Assembly: GCA_965235115.1 (NCBI GenBank)
Contig: OZ249436.1
Span: forward strand, 46,006,001-46,070,000
Reading direction: 5' to 3'
Source of the DNA: Laetmonice hystrix
Lineage: Eukaryota
Length of the DNA stretch: 64,000 bases
Shown here: positions 25,827 through 39,105 of the stretch, one piece after another
Layout of the letters: every line of letters starts with the position of its first letter
Position numbering within the stretch: position 1 is the first letter of the stretch
Translations under genes and position numbers: made by a program
Notes under the pieces: generated by a model
Told to the model about the DNA's origin: nothing
Databases searched by the model: none
Seen by the model: the letters and a program-made list of their open reading frames with translations, nothing else

Positions 25827-27274
25827 GTAAAGACAGCTGTGAGGTTCTTTACCCCAACTTCGAAGACAGGGCCGTGGGAACATTCCAGATACCATAAATC
25901 TTGTGACATGCAAGAAGACAATATGGAGACAATAACCCCAGAGAGTTGGATCCACTATAGGAAATGATCCTCTTCCGTCTAAAACATATGGTTCCAGCCT
26001 TGGTAAAGCACTTCAAAGAGTCTGTCGCCAGTAGGGAGGTAGAGTGCTCCGGCCCCGGAAAACGTATACCTTAGGTCCGAACACAGAGGTAGACCTAGTG
26101 TGATGTCTTTGACATCGATCTCAGGGTGATGTTTCATCTAAAAACGCACGGCCACATACAGTGTGAGCTCTGACAACGTTACAAGCGAAAAACAAATCTC
26201 AAGAACAAAGATCACATATTTGTGGACCTACTATCCCTAAGTTAAGTAATCACAAGAGTTCCTGCAATTTGGTGCAGTGTCTGATGCAGCAATCAGATGG
26301 GAGCCTTTGCCCTGCAGAGACCGAGGCCTTTTCGCACAGTCACGTGGGAAATCATAGGGCAAAGACGTCCATTCTCTCGAGATAAAGCTCGAGTTTTTGT
26401 TTTATATGCAAAATCTATCTACCGATCTAAGGTGATTCATTTTGGATACAGGCAGCAGTAACATTAGAGTCAAGCTGTCAGGTCCACTAATCCCGTCACA
26501 AACTCGAGTAATATCAGAACATGGCGTCAGTTACCCAGCTGTGAAAGCATCGAGTCAAGTGAAGTGAGGAGTGACAGAGAGAAGTCCGACGTTTGAGACA
26601 CAGAAATTGACGCGGCGAGGCGGGGGATGTTGGGAATTCACGCGCCCCCGAGACTCCGACTGGGTCGGAATGTTTGCGTCTTACAGGACTAGGTCGGATG
26701 AATGTCTGGATCACGTCCAAGATCAACACATCACCTGACATCTCAAATATGTGATCAGTCAGTGGTTGAAAGACATGGCAAGGCTCACGTTCTCTCATCT
26801 CGACGTCTTGGTCCGAGAATGTCTATTTCCGGCGGACCACCTACCCCAGCACACCACACAACACTCTACTCCGCCATCAGGGGTCCGCTCGAGTCTGACA
26901 ACGTATGTCCATGGCGATTAACTAACGGATATATGGGTTCTTCAGGGTACGAAATGGGGTAAAACTATTTGAGGGTTCCTATCTTAAATCTGTCACATTG
27001 ACTTACAATAACGAACCACATACTCTCCTTGGTAGAACCTGAAATATTGGAGAGTTGGAAGAGACCCGTATTACGGCATCTATCCTGCTTGTATGGATCA
27101 GCAGCCTAATGCACACATTACCTCTGAAGTCTACCTTGGCACGGATCTATAGTGGACCTCGAGGGCCATCTCCCCCCCCCCCCCCCCCAAAGAAACAAAA
27201 CCCCTCATCCGCAATTAGAGGGGGTGTTTAGAGAAGTTCTCACGAGTTGTGTGCCTTTTAACACAAGCATTTAA

Positions 27275-27802
27275 AGGGGCATGCTATGGAACACGTTTTG
27301 GAGAATTTCCGGCAATTATCCAACATGACCGTGTACTAGGGATCCAAGTAAATAATCCTATCACAGCATTTTGTCTTCCGACGTGTTTTCGCTGTGTATG
27401 CAGCACAAGTAGGTTCTATACGATCAAACCCATAGATTTCTCCCGATAGCACATCTCCCGCCATAATTTGGTAGACAACCTCCCATCAACCCGTGTAATC
27501 GCGTACTGCGTCACATCCTGTGTGTGCACTCTCTGCAGGTGCTTGGTCACGTGCTTCGCTTAGTTGTAAACAATTCAGCAGTTGCACTCGATCGTCCGGC
27601 ATCAGAATGCCACCCAAAAGATATTTTACGAAATCGGCAGAGAAGCGGGCAAGGGAGCTTTATAAACTTTAATTTCTCACGCAAAATGAAACTGATAAGT
27701 CTGTCTTTGTTTACCAAGCAATTTTAATGAAGGATCTCTTTATGAAAACAGCAAAAGTTCTTTGAAATGCCGATTTTTCACGTTTGCTCATAATATGCCC
27801 CT
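27275..27802. mobile_element. TTAA-flanked non-autonomous DNA transposon, Kolobok-like
   Basis: ttaa|aggggcatgctatg ... cataatatgcccct|ttaa. Confidence 0.72.
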
Positions 27803-28383
27803 TTAAGTAACTGCATAGACTATTCTCACGAAAGTGAACGTAAAGATTCTAGGTGGTTAATAACTGTTAAAAAATATGGTACTGCCTAATTGAACTTCTC
27901 ACGGGGGCATAACTTCCTACCATTCAACACCGTGGCATTTTGTTCCATTATTGGGTATACACTGGCCACAATTCGCAGACAACTCGAAATAGATCTATTA
28001 GCTGAGGCACACTGTTTAACGCCACGGAAGCAGACAATTATGAACCAAAGTGTCCACCGCCATTATAAACATCCGCGGCAGTGCGACTTCTCCACCTCAG
28101 TGGTAGCCAAATGATGACGAGCACGCACGACTCTGATTGGTCAGTTTGGAGTGGTTACCATGACGGCAAACCATGTGATAAATTACTGTGGCCGTGACCA
28201 AAGATCAGAGAAGGGTTCGGTTAGTTTGTGCGCGTCTCACAGTGCCGTCAACTTCCGCCCAACCTGTCATCCGTTAGAGGGCGTTCCTTCCCATGATGCA
28301 TCGGTGTCTGTCAGCTTCCGGCTCACGCGGAGACAGCTCCCCCTACTGTTTGCTAAAAGCGTTTGTTACACGTCATAAAGCAG

Positions 28384-28911
28384 TAAAGCCAAGCTCTGTC
28401 TCTACATGAGGTCTAGATGTATCGGTTGGCTCGGTAAAGATGCACAGGTCTATATCCTTGGTTTTCTTAGAGTCCTCTAGTTTTCTATCAACTATTGTTC
28501 TCTGTCCTAAGGGCACTTTGTTCACGGGCACAGTGAGTGAGTGAGTTGTCAGTCAGTCAGACAGACAGACATACAGACACACAGACAGACAGACAGACAG
28601 ACAGACACACAGACAGACAGACAGACAGACAGACAGTCAGTCAGACTTCCGGTGTTTGTTGTTGATATTGTCGTTGTTGCTTTCATTCAGAAGATAGACC
28701 AAGGGTGTATGTCGGCATTGTGAATGAAAAATCAATGATCCAAACTCAAGCCTTAAAAAGCGGGTTTTCCCATACACTCTTAGCGTTGGCTAAACTGAGA
28801 AAACACACGTATGACTACCTATCGTGTGTGTTTATCTATGAAATCGCAGCCATTAACCACAGAAAGCTCAAAAGCGCTCTTGGATTTTTGCAGGTGACCA
28901 AGCTTGGCTTT
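28384..28911. mobile_element. Possible non-autonomous element with internal (CAGT/CAGA)n microsatellite (HINE/Helentron-like or MITE)
   Basis: 12-bp inverted repeat taaagccaagct / agcttggcttta encloses a tetranucleotide microsatellite at ~28532-28646. Confidence 0.4.
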
Positions 28912-29567
28912 AGCCGACTGGACCAAAGAGAGGCGCCTATGATTGCGAATGTAGAGGGCGCTGGCAGGCCGCACACACACCCCCACACACCCCTCCGCCT
29001 GGGTCTGAGTGGGATATACCAGCCGTCTAGGTGACCAAGGAGAAGGTTGCTCAGATACAGAACATTTGTGGACTATCAGCCACTCTTGACTACAAGACCG
29101 TAAACAGTCTCAAACTGTCAGGGGGAAGATTATACTGATGGCTTGGGAACGACTTAGATCGTAAATCGTCGCAGAATGGGGCATTGGCTTGTACAAAATC
29201 TTCCCTTAACTAGGTGCAGTGGGAGACCACCCCCGACTGCCTCACTAGGACTGCCCCTGGGGGGGCCCTCTTTATAGCTTAACATAAGCCAAGTCAGATA
29301 AACCAAGGGTTCTTTTCACTTTCACAAAACGTCGTTAACTGACATACAGAAGTGGAGGAGGAACATTTCAGAAAGTAGACCGCATCCTACTAAATCCCGC
29401 CAGCTTTCGGACATAATCTAAGGTCTGGACGCCGGTGGTCGCGACCCTGTCTGCATGTAAAAACAAATTAATAGGCCAATATGGGCCTTGACTAATTATC
29501 CACTGCCTTTTTAAGGCTCCCCTTCCGTACGACCGTTACCCCTCATCCCATTGTTCTATGTGGTGTG

Positions 29568-29771
29568 CAGGGTGTATAAAAAAAACCTCCAATGATTTTA
29601 GTCTCTTTGATTAGGCCTGTAGAAGGATTTGGGCAGTTATCCGTGACCGTATTTTCCATTTAAGGTCTAATTTGAACGGGGGCGTCTCGGCATTACATAC
29701 GCTATCCCCCTGGTACCGTGTCATTGCGACTCTTTCTCATAATTTGCGATTGCACTCTTTGATACACCCTG
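29568..29771. mobile_element. Tc1/mariner-like MITE
   Basis: TIR cagggtgtataaaa / tttgatacaccctg. Right flank TA, left flank TG (imperfect TSD). Confidence 0.6.
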
Positions 29772-29812
29772 TAGAGGTCAGCATCGGTGACGCGCCTGCA
29801 GTAAGCAATTGG

Positions 29813-30412
29813 TAGCACAAGTCTGCCAGTGGCCGAATAGATAGTCCGGGCGTAGGTACTTCCCTTCCATAACGCTATGGACTGGACCTGATGGCACTAG
29901 TCAGCCGGTGGCCGAATAGTCCAGGCGTAGGGACTTCCCTTCCATAACGCTATGGACTGGGCCTGATGGCACAAGTCAGCCTGTGCCCGAGTAGTCCGGG
30001 TGTAGGTACTTCCCTTACATAACACTATGGACTGGACCTGACGGCACAAGTCAGCCTGTGGCCGAATAGATAGTCCGGGCGTAGGTACTTCCCTTACATA
30101 ACGCTATGGACTGGACCTGATGGCACTAGTCAGCCGGTGGCCGAATAGTCCAGGCGTAGGGACTTCCCTTCCATAACGCTATGGACTGGACCTGATGGCA
30201 CTAGTCAGCCGGTGGCCGAATAGTCCAGGCGTAGGGACTTCCCTTCCATAACGCTATGGACTGGGCCTGATGGCACAAGTCAGCCTGTGGCCGAATAGTC
30301 CGGGCGTAGGTACTTCCCTTCCATAACGCTATGGACTGGACCTGATGGCACAAGTCAGCCAGTGGCCGAATAGTCCGGGCGTAGGTACTTCCCTTCCATA
30401 ACTGGACCTGAT
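29813..30412. repeat. 75/79-bp minisatellite, about 8 copies
   Basis: Unit ggcacaagtcagcctgtggccgaatagtccgggcgtaggtacttcccttccataacgctatggactggacctgat. Confidence 0.95.
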
Positions 30413-30777
30413 CACACCCGAGCGATAATATATATATTCTTTTTACCCGTGACGTCACAGCCATTCCCGGACCTGAGCCACGGTCAGCTAGCCGTCCTAG
30501 TTGTGGATCGTAAAGTGTTTTAAGTTAGTGTGCCCAAGTATCTGTTGGTCCCTCCACCTATTGGACAGTTTATGGAGAGAATGATAAACCTCAGCCGTAT
30601 GGCCATGTTAGTTTTTAAGTTCCAGACTAAGAACTACCGCCTGTTCGGGGTTGTATATTATAACAGTTCCCAAGTCCCCCCCCCCCCCAACTTGAAAACA
30701 TTTTCAAATTCCCTCCCAGGAATTTAAAATGTTTTTAAATACATGGGGGGGGACTTCAAAACATGAAAACATACACT

Positions 30778-31140
30778 ACCGGGTAACAATACATCATGTT
30801 CCCATGGAAACACAGCCCTGGATTACACTACACCATGGGCTCCGCCGGGTAACAATGCACCATGGTCCCATGAACACACAACCCCGGATTACAATACACC
30901 ATGGGCTCCACCGGGTAACAATGCACCATGGTCCCATGAACACACAGTCCCGGATTACAATACACCATGGGCTCCACCGGGTAACAATGCACCATGGTCC
31001 CATGAACACACAGCCCCGGATTACAATACACCATGGGCTCCACCGGGTAACAATGCACCATGGTCCCATGAACACACAGCCCCGGATTACAATACACCAT
31101 GGGCTCCGCCGGGTAACAATGCACCATGGCCCATGAAAAC
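30778..31140. repeat. 66-bp minisatellite, about 5.5 copies
   Basis: Unit ccgggtaacaatgcaccatggtcccatgaacacacagccccggattacaatacaccatgggctcca, built from two related half-units. Confidence 0.95.
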
Positions 31141-31595
31141 ACCCAGCAGGTCTCAATGTGCCCTTTTATACCCTGACCAGGCCGACCATCTCTGGTGCAC
31201 GTTTGACCTTTTCCTGGCCTTCAGTGGTGGTCTAGTGGCGACCTCCGAATCCATCATCCCAACTCGAAATCGATTTACCTTAATAAAGAACCAGGTGATC
31301 TCTCACCAACCCCGGTTATTATGATATTCGTGACATACTCTGCCTTTGCTAACCTCAAAGCTAATGGAGAAAGATGGCAATATCTAAATTAGCAAATGCC
31401 TACACCGCCGTCTTCTACAAACATCAAGGACTGGTCACAAGGACACTCGGGTACGAACAACGGCACCGGGAACTTGACAAAGGTGTCCAAAACATGAAAG
31501 TTCTACGAATCCTACTCAAACGTTTCCATTGAATAAAACGTGCAAGTGAGAAGGCATAGTTTGGGGAGGTAGGTTACGGATATATCTCCTGTTTC

Positions 31596-31749
31596 AATCC
31601 ACCCTGCGGTGACCAATGTAACGTTTCAGGCAGGGTACTGTATGACAATCCACCCTGCGGTGACCAATGTAACGTTTCAGGCAGGGTACTGTATGACAAT
31701 CCACCCTGCGGTGACCAATGTAACGTTTCAGGCAGGGTACTGTATGACA
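31596..31749. repeat. 51-bp tandem repeat, 3 copies
   Basis: Unit aatccaccctgcggtgaccaatgtaacgtttcaggcagggtactgtatgac. Confidence 0.95.
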
Positions 31750-32002
31750 TGGCGAGGGGAGTCGTATTCAATTAGGCTAACAGACTCGTACAAATCTGGC
31801 GGCCCCAGCCTTTTCGGACACTCTGCAAAATAGAGTCCTTTTCAAATTTAAAAAAATCACGCCTCTTCCGCCATGCAGAGGAATCTGTCTTCGGCAAGGC
31901 TTTGCTAAGATTCAACCAATAACAATTGGAAGGATTACAAATGTGTCCATCCTTGAGTTTTTCAAATCTTTTTAGCCGATCGATCCTGAGTGAGAGTGTG
32001 AA

Positions 32003-32561
32003 AATGTTACAAGTAGAAAATGTAGGTACCACATACACGTCACTGGAGACGGTCAACAACTTTCTTTGGTCTGAGAATGTTACAAGTAGAAAATGTAGGT
32101 ACCACATACACGTCACTGGAGACGGTCAACAACTTTCTTTGGTCTGAGAATGTTACAAGTAGAAAATGTAGGTACCACATACACGTCACTGGAGACGGTC
32201 AACAACTTTCTTTGGTCTGAGAATGTTACAAGTAGAAAATGTAGGTACCACATACACGTCACTGGAGACGGTCAACAACTTTCTTTGGTCTGAGAATGTT
32301 ACAAGTAGAAAATGTAGGTACCACATACACGTCACTGGAGACGGTCAACAACTTTCTTTGGTCTGAGAATGTTACAAGTAGAAAATGTAGGTACCACATA
32401 CACGTCACTGGAGACGGTCAACAACTTTCTTTGGGTGTGACAATGCTACAAGTAGAAAATGTAGGTACCACATACACGTCACTGGAGACGGTCAACAACT
32501 TTCTTTGGTGTGAAAATGTTACAAGTAGAAAATGTAGGTACCACATACACGTCACTGGAGA
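32003..32561. repeat. 73-bp minisatellite, about 7.6 copies
   Basis: Unit aatgttacaagtagaaaatgtaggtaccacatacacgtcactggagacggtcaacaactttctttggtctgag. Confidence 0.96.
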
Positions 32562-32600
32562 AGCGATTTCTGAGGGTGATTAGTGGGGTGGGGTTTTTAA

Positions 32601-33474
32601 AGACCACCGCCAGTCTGTACAGGCCAGGCACACATGCCGTGATATTCTAAGCCAGTTAAAAAATATTTGAACACAATTGGTGCTCAGATAGTTAAGATAT
32701 AGGCACTTTAGTGCCGGAGGCTTCTTACAACCTGCTCAGCTGGTGAAGGCCGCCATTCACCGTCTGCTCCTTGGGCTAATCTCAAACTGCGCATGATCGC
32801 CCTAGGCGAGCATGCGCAGCACGACTGCTCTCCAGTTTGGGAGGAACTAAAAACTGACGCACCTGTTGCGTTGATCGATTTGGAAGGCAGCGAACGTTGA
32901 CAGCTTATAAGCAAAATTTGTTAGAACATAGACGAAAACCATCGATAGTGATGAGGAATGGCTAGGAAAAGCCTACCGATGTCAGGGGACATATCAGGGT
33001 GGACACGGATCTGGGCAGCCGTGGGTTTCGGCCGCCTGCATTCGACCCACTCAGATTCGTGCATGCGTACGATGTTGACGGGAGCTCATGGCCCCTGAGG
33101 CCCGGCGCCACTCTGACTACGACCGCGAGCAATAGCAGCTAGTGTCAGCATGGTCAGCACAGACCTGCTGCGTTTAGTTGTGACTGTGACTGTGGGACTG
33201 ACCCCCGTCGATCTGCCACCCACCTCGGCTGCCTTAAGCCTAGTATAGCCTAGCCCTGGCAAGCAAAAGATTAGCCCTGGAACGTCACTTCCGGCCAGCC
33301 CAATAAGCAACAAATGGCTGCGCTGCTGAAGCCAGTGATTTTGACACGGTTGTCATGTTCAACATATGACTTCTTGGAATGGGGGGATATTTATTTCCAA
33401 CCACTACTCTGAAAGGTGAGTGCATATAGAGGCCTTGCAGCTGTCCAAATGTGATTTTGGACTGGACTTCTCCT
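32601..33474 (-). mobile_element. ~870-bp TTAA-flanked interspersed element (Kolobok-like), copy 1
   Basis: Reverse complement aligns end to end with 61954-62829. Flanked by TTAA at 32597-32600 and 33475-33478. Weak TIR (ag......ccagtc). Confidence 0.8.
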
Positions 33475-34347
33475 TTAAGAAGGTGTAATCTTCACCAATA
33501 ATTATATCGGCTCTCTGGATTGCAGGTAACGAGTTCGTACATGTTGTGTGAGTGAACAATTGCCTTCCCCTGCTGTCGGCAGTGTTTCGTTACAGAGAAT
33601 GTGGCTCCATTAACATCTGTTCAGTCACGGGACCTTTTGTTCCTCAGAGTCCCGGGGGATGAAGATGAAGATGGAATCATCCGCAGGTGTCCTATCTAAT
33701 ACCTACCCCCGTTTTTGGTACCCCCGGTCATTATTATATATATAATACATACCCCCGGTCATTATTATATATAATAATGTACCCCGGGGGTAGTTATTAT
33801 CTAGATAATAACCACCCCTCTCATATATTTTCCATCCCCTTGATATAAAACAAACATAAAAAATGAATGTTAACTGCATTGTACCTAGCCTAACGTATAG
33901 GTTCAGGAAACATTCAGTAATTACTCTTTCATCATGATCTATTGCTCACCGTTTTTCTTTGTTCATTAGACTAAAACAAGTCTATCATATGGCTTTATTG
34001 TTCAATTTATGTAAACCATGCTTATTGGTGTAAGTTTCCTGTGGCAATAAATTCAATTCAAACGGAAACTATTCATGTCGCGACAAACGGTGCTCGTCTT
34101 GCGAACCGAGCAAGGCTTGTCAACAGTGATCTGATAATGTATTCTCCCGTCAGCATTGTTCCCGTCACACCTCACGCTGCTTGGTCTATTCGTACTTAAT
34201 TCAGCAGATGTATGTGAATTGACTTAGACAATTTAATATAAGCAATCACTGGGTACAGAAGAGATAGCAAGCAATACTACGCACCGGGACAAAACAACTT
34301 TGTGGACCCTATGCGGAATCATGTGGTATAATTACATACACCCGTAT

Positions 34348-34568
34348 CAGGGTTACCACAGGTTGGCTCTAATGAAAATTCATGAACTTTCCAGGCCAAA
34401 ACTTCAAAATATCCTTACCAATTCCGGAAAATATTAACAAAATACACTAAAATCCAAGAACTGTCGCAGAAATAGCAAATTCCATGACTTTTTCATGACT
34501 TTTCCTCGTTTTTCTGTTTTCCATGTCTGGAAAACCCAATTTCATTTTCCATGAGCTTTCATGTCCTG
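34348..34568 (+). mobile_element. Probable hAT-type MITE fragment
   Basis: Begins cagggttaccacagg and carries repeated ttccatgac(ttt) subterminal motifs. Second end and TSD not found. Confidence 0.4.
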
Positions 34569-35166
34569 ATGTTTCGGCAATCAGTAGCCTGGGTCAAACT
34601 ACGTTGTGCCTTGTGAGCTATCGCAAAAGTCTTAGTGCCATCTCACCACGGAGGAATCAGATTCCGGGGCTAGAGTGGTTCCGGGTATAATTGGCGACTG
34701 GAGAGTTGAGAATAACTAAAAATTAAAAATAAATTATAAAAAATGAAACTGGATTTAATGGCTGGTCCAAGTCCTACCGTTCGAAGATCTGGCGTCTGGA
34801 GAACACACGATAACCCATTGAGAGTCAACTGGTTTTGAACCTTGCCGCAGATTGAGCCCACTGACGGGGTACGGGTTCTATTGCTAGATCCCTTTAGAAG
34901 AGTTGTGTCCACCTATCGCCGAGTTACACCCTCACCGCTCCAAGTGGACACACCAACCGACCCGAACTCTTCGTACTGTCAGGTTTTCAACAGCGTCTGT
35001 TTTCCAGACTACGACCGAACGTGGAGACCGGCGCCTCACAGTTCCCTACATTACTACAGTGGTGGTAATTGCTTTATATATCCCCCTCCAGGTCGAGGAC
35101 CACAGAAAGGGTGTGCAACATACACTTGGGCTAACAGGCACGGCAAACAATTAATTCCCTGATCTA

Positions 35167-35167
<1 letters not shown>

Positions 35168-35238
<71 letters not shown>

Positions 35239-35293
35239 AGACTCTCAGACTCTCTCTCTCTCCCTCTCTTTCTCTCTCTTTCCCCGTCTCTCT
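35168..35293. repeat. (CT)n microsatellite
   Basis: Directly visible. Confidence 0.95.
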
Positions 35294-35699
35294 AAAAAAG
35301 AAAATCAATCTCAGATCTGGAGCACCTGCCAGGGACGAAAAGAAGACCCTGTTAACAGACATGGTCGACCACTGTAGTGTTCCTAATCCGGCTGCATTCC
35401 TCAGTTAATCCTTCAAAACTTGTAAACTGATCCATATTTGCGGCTGAAAACTTCACCTTTCCCGCAGGTGAAGTCCATGTTGTTCGGCTAAAGTGATTTA
35501 AGACACACGGACCACATTGTGGCGTGTTATGAAAATTCAAAGAAAGGTCAAGGTCAGGTCCCCTAGAGATCTTTTTTTCGGACGATGTTTATATTAATCG
35601 CCTGCAAGTGTTTCCTTTCGCCGACTTTCGTTCTTGCACCATAAATGTAATCTTGAAATGATTGGAAGACATGTAAGAGCTGATTTTTTCTGAACTTAC

Positions 35700-35892
35700 A
35701 TAACTTTTCCATATGTTGGAGATCATGAGTTGTTTGGTCTCGTCGAAGTCTAATATTTGGACGAGTGTCATTTGGAAATCTACGGAGACTGGATGAGAAG
35801 AATCCTTGACAGGACGTGCGAGCGGGGAGATGATGTCGTAACGGTAGAGAAGGTGTTGAATGAGTCGGCTCTCATATGACATCTCCACATCG
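35700..35892 (-). CDS. nAChR alpha-type subunit, first located coding exon (N-terminal helix to loop D)
   Basis: Translates DVEMSYESRLIQHLLYRYDIISPLARPVKDSSHPVSVDFQMTLVQILDFDETKQLMISNIW KSY, a typical nAChR N-terminus (ExRL..LL, RPV, loop D Trp). Acceptor ttcag at 35893-35897, donor GTAAGT starting at 35699. Length 193 nt, ends in phase 0. Confidence 0.93.
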
Positions 35893-35957
35893 CTGAAATC
35901 AAACCAAAACATTGTTTTTAGAAACGAGATTCAAAAGAAGAAATTATAAGTTTAGAT

Positions 35958-36914
35958 AAGTTTAGTATACTATATGCCACTGCAACGGGTGAGCCTTTGA
36001 ACATAGTGATTAGGAGTTTAGTATGCTATTATGTCACTACAACGGGTAAGCCTTTGAACATAGGGATTAGGAGTTTAGTACACTATATGTCACTACAACG
36101 GGTAAGCCTTTGAACATAGGGATTATGAGTTTACTACGCTATATGTCACTACAACGGGTAAGCCTTTGAACATAGTGATTAGGAGTTTAGTACATAATAT
36201 GTCACTACAACGGGTAAGCCTTTGAACATAGGAATTAGGAGTTTAGTACACTATATGTCACTACAACGGGTAAGCCTTAGAACATAGGGATTAGGAGTTT
36301 AGTAAAATATGTCACTACAACGGGTAAGCCTTTGAACATAGGGATTAGGAGTTTAGTACACTATATGTCACTACAACGGGTAAGCCTTTGAACATAAGAA
36401 TTAGGAGTTTAGTACACTATATGTCACTACAACGGGTAAGCCTTTGAACATAGGGGTTAGGAGTTTAGTATGCTATATGTCACTACAACGGGTAAGCCTT
36501 TCAACATAGGGATTAGGAGTTTAGTATACTATATGTCACTACAACCGGTAAGCCTTTCAACATAGGGATTAGGAGTTTAGTATACTATATGTCACTACAA
36601 CCGGTAAGCCTTTCAACATAGGGATTAGGAGTTTAGTATACTATATGTCACTACAACGGGTAAGCCTTTGAACATAGGAATTAGGAGTTTAGTACACTAT
36701 ATGTCACTACAACGGGTAAGCCTTTGAACATAGGGGTTAGGAGTTTAGTATACTATTATGTCACTACAACCGGTAAGCCTTTGAACATAAGAATTAGGAG
36801 TTTAGTACACTATATGTCACTACAACGGGTAAGCCTTTGAACATAGGGGTTAGGAGTTTAGTATGCCATATGTCACTACAACGGGTAAGCCTTTGAACAT
36901 AGAGATTAGGAGTA
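35958..36914. repeat. ~56-bp minisatellite, about 17 copies
   Basis: Unit gagtttagtacactatatgtcactacaacgggtaagcctttgaacatagggattag, ending about 65 bp from the acceptor of the 35700-35892 exon. Confidence 0.97.
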
Positions 36915-37134
36915 TTGCAAATGGGCGGAGACTAAGTCTTGTGCAAACCATTGAAAACTTTGACATTAAGGAACAGGTTGTTGATTATCTCTGAATACAA
37001 AACCATTAGAGCTGATTAGTGACAGAGTTTTATTTCTTGTATCAACTTGAATATGTCTCAACTTGAATATGTTGTTGTTGCATCGGTTGAACTGTCCAAT
37101 CTGAATATGTCTCAACCTGAATATGTTCCAACTT

Positions 37135-37215
37135 GAATATGGATCAACATGAATATGGATCAACATGAATATGGATCAGCATGAATATGGATCAACATGA
37201 ATATGGATCAACATG
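37135..37215. repeat. 16-bp repeat, about 5 copies
   Basis: Unit tgaatatggatcaaca, preceded by degenerate tgaatatgt units. Confidence 0.88.
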
Positions 37216-37791
37216 GGATTTCTTCTCTTATGTCTGTGTATATGTTGAATAACATACCCTCCGCTGCATACTTAGGTCAATGAACCTCTTCGCCAAACAT
37301 TGCAGTGACGTCCCAAGTGAATTCGGGGCAGACTTTCTGATTACCGCAGCTGTCTTCCGCCATAAGTTAGGCAGATACTAGCTCCAGTAATCATCTCGGC
37401 AATGTAAATGGACATCATATCTTCTACATGTTATGGCCATCAGCCGATCAGCGAGGGTAAGGCTGGTCCTCAGCATCCCCTCTCTCGGCATCCTGCAGTG
37501 ATTTATATCCAAGCTCTTACTGGATTGCCTGCATTGTTTTTCATTTCCATCCTCCTGGCCCCAAGGTGCTAAGTGCACGACAGTACAACCGATGCAACAA
37601 CCACCCGCTGTTAAAAGTAGCCAGGAAACCTCGCGGCCCGCCTTAAACCATACGTGTTTTTCTTGGAAGTCAACTAATAAAGCCATGATTTTAATATATT
37701 AGCTGGATATATGTCGGCACCACAGATACCCGAGGGTAACGTTCGTACAAGGAGAATAACTCCAGATGTGTCCAGGGGGAACGGAGAATCC

Positions 37792-39105
37792 GGTGTGTTT
37801 CTATGTCCTCCTTCAGGCCGTGTGTGTTTCTATGTCTTCGTTCAGGCCGTGTGTGTTTCTAAGTCCTCCTTCAGGCCCTGTGTGTTTCTATGTCCTCCTT
37901 CAGGCCCTGTGTGTTTCTATGTTCTCCTTCAGGCCCTGTGTGTTGCTATGTCCTCCTTCAGACCCTGTGTGTTTCTATGTCCTCCTTCAGACCCTGTGTG
38001 TTTTTATGTCCTCCTTCAGGCCCTGTGTGTTTCTATGTCCTCCTTCAGGCCCTGTGTGTTGCTATGTCCTCATTCAGGCCCTGTGTGTTTCTATGTCCTC
38101 CTTCAGGCCCTGTGTGTTTCTATGTCCTCCTTCGGGCCCTGTGTGTTTCTATGTCCTCCTTTAGGCCCTGTGTGTTTCTATGTCCTCCTTCAGGCCGTGT
38201 GTGTGTTTCTATGTCCTCCTTCAGGCCCTGTGTGTTTCTATACATGTCCTCCTTCAGGCCCTGTGTGTTTCTATACATGTCCTCCTTCAGGCCGTGTGTG
38301 TTTCTATGTCCTCCTTCAGGCCGTGTGTGTTTCTATGTCTTCCTTCAGGCCGTGTGTGTTTCTAAGTCCTTCTTCAGACCGTGTGTGTTTCTATGTCCTC
38401 CTCCAGGCCGTGTGTGTTTCTATGTCCTCCTTCAGGCCCTGTGTGTTTCTATGCCGTCCTTCAGGCCCTGTGTGTTTTTATGTCCTCCTTCAGGCCCTGT
38501 GTGTTTCTATGTCTTCTTCAGGCCGTGTGTGTTTCTAAGTCCTTCTTCAGGCCGTGTGTGTTTCTATGTCCTCCTTCAGGCCCTGTGTGTTTCTATGTCC
38601 TCCCTCAGGCCCTGTGTGTTTCTATGTCCTCCTTCAGGCCCTGTGTGTTTCTATGTCCTTCAGGTCCTGTGTGTTTCTATGTCCTTCAGGTCCTGTGTGT
38701 TTTTGTGTCCTCCTTTAGGCCATGTGTGTTTCTGTGTCCTCCTTCAGGCCCTGTGTGTTTTTATGTCCTCCTTCAGGCCCTGTGTGTTTCTAAGTCCTCC
38801 TTCAGGCCCTGTGTGTTTCTATGTCCTCCTTCAGGCCCTGTGTGTTTCTACGTCCTCCTTCAGGCCCTGTGTGTTTTTATGTCCTCCTTCAGGCCCTGTG
38901 TGTTTTTATGTCCTCCTTCAGGCCCTGTGTGTTTCTAAGTTCTCCTTCAGGCCCTGTGTGTTTTTATGTCCTCCGTCAGGCCCTGTGTGTTTCTAAGTCC
39001 TCCTTCAGGCCCTGTGTGTTTCTATGTCCTCCTTCAGGCCCTGTGTGTTTCTAAGTTCTCCTTCAGGCCCTGTGTGTTTCTATGTCCTCCTTCAGACCCT
39101 GTGTA
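37792..39105. repeat. 29-bp minisatellite, about 45 copies
   Basis: Unit ctatgtcctccttcaggccctgtgtgttt. This array produces the long Cys/Pro-rich pseudo-ORFs. Confidence 0.97.

Noticed and set aside
13523..35699. Mutually exclusive duplicate nAChR exons in the 22-kb intron
   Set aside because: No second copy of the loop-A or loop-D exon motifs was seen by eye. A tBLASTn of the exons against the window would be the definitive test.
37711..39054. Long Cys/Pro-rich ORFs (up to 368 aa)
   Set aside because: They are translations of a 29-bp (non-triplet) minisatellite, open in several frames, with no domain or splice support.
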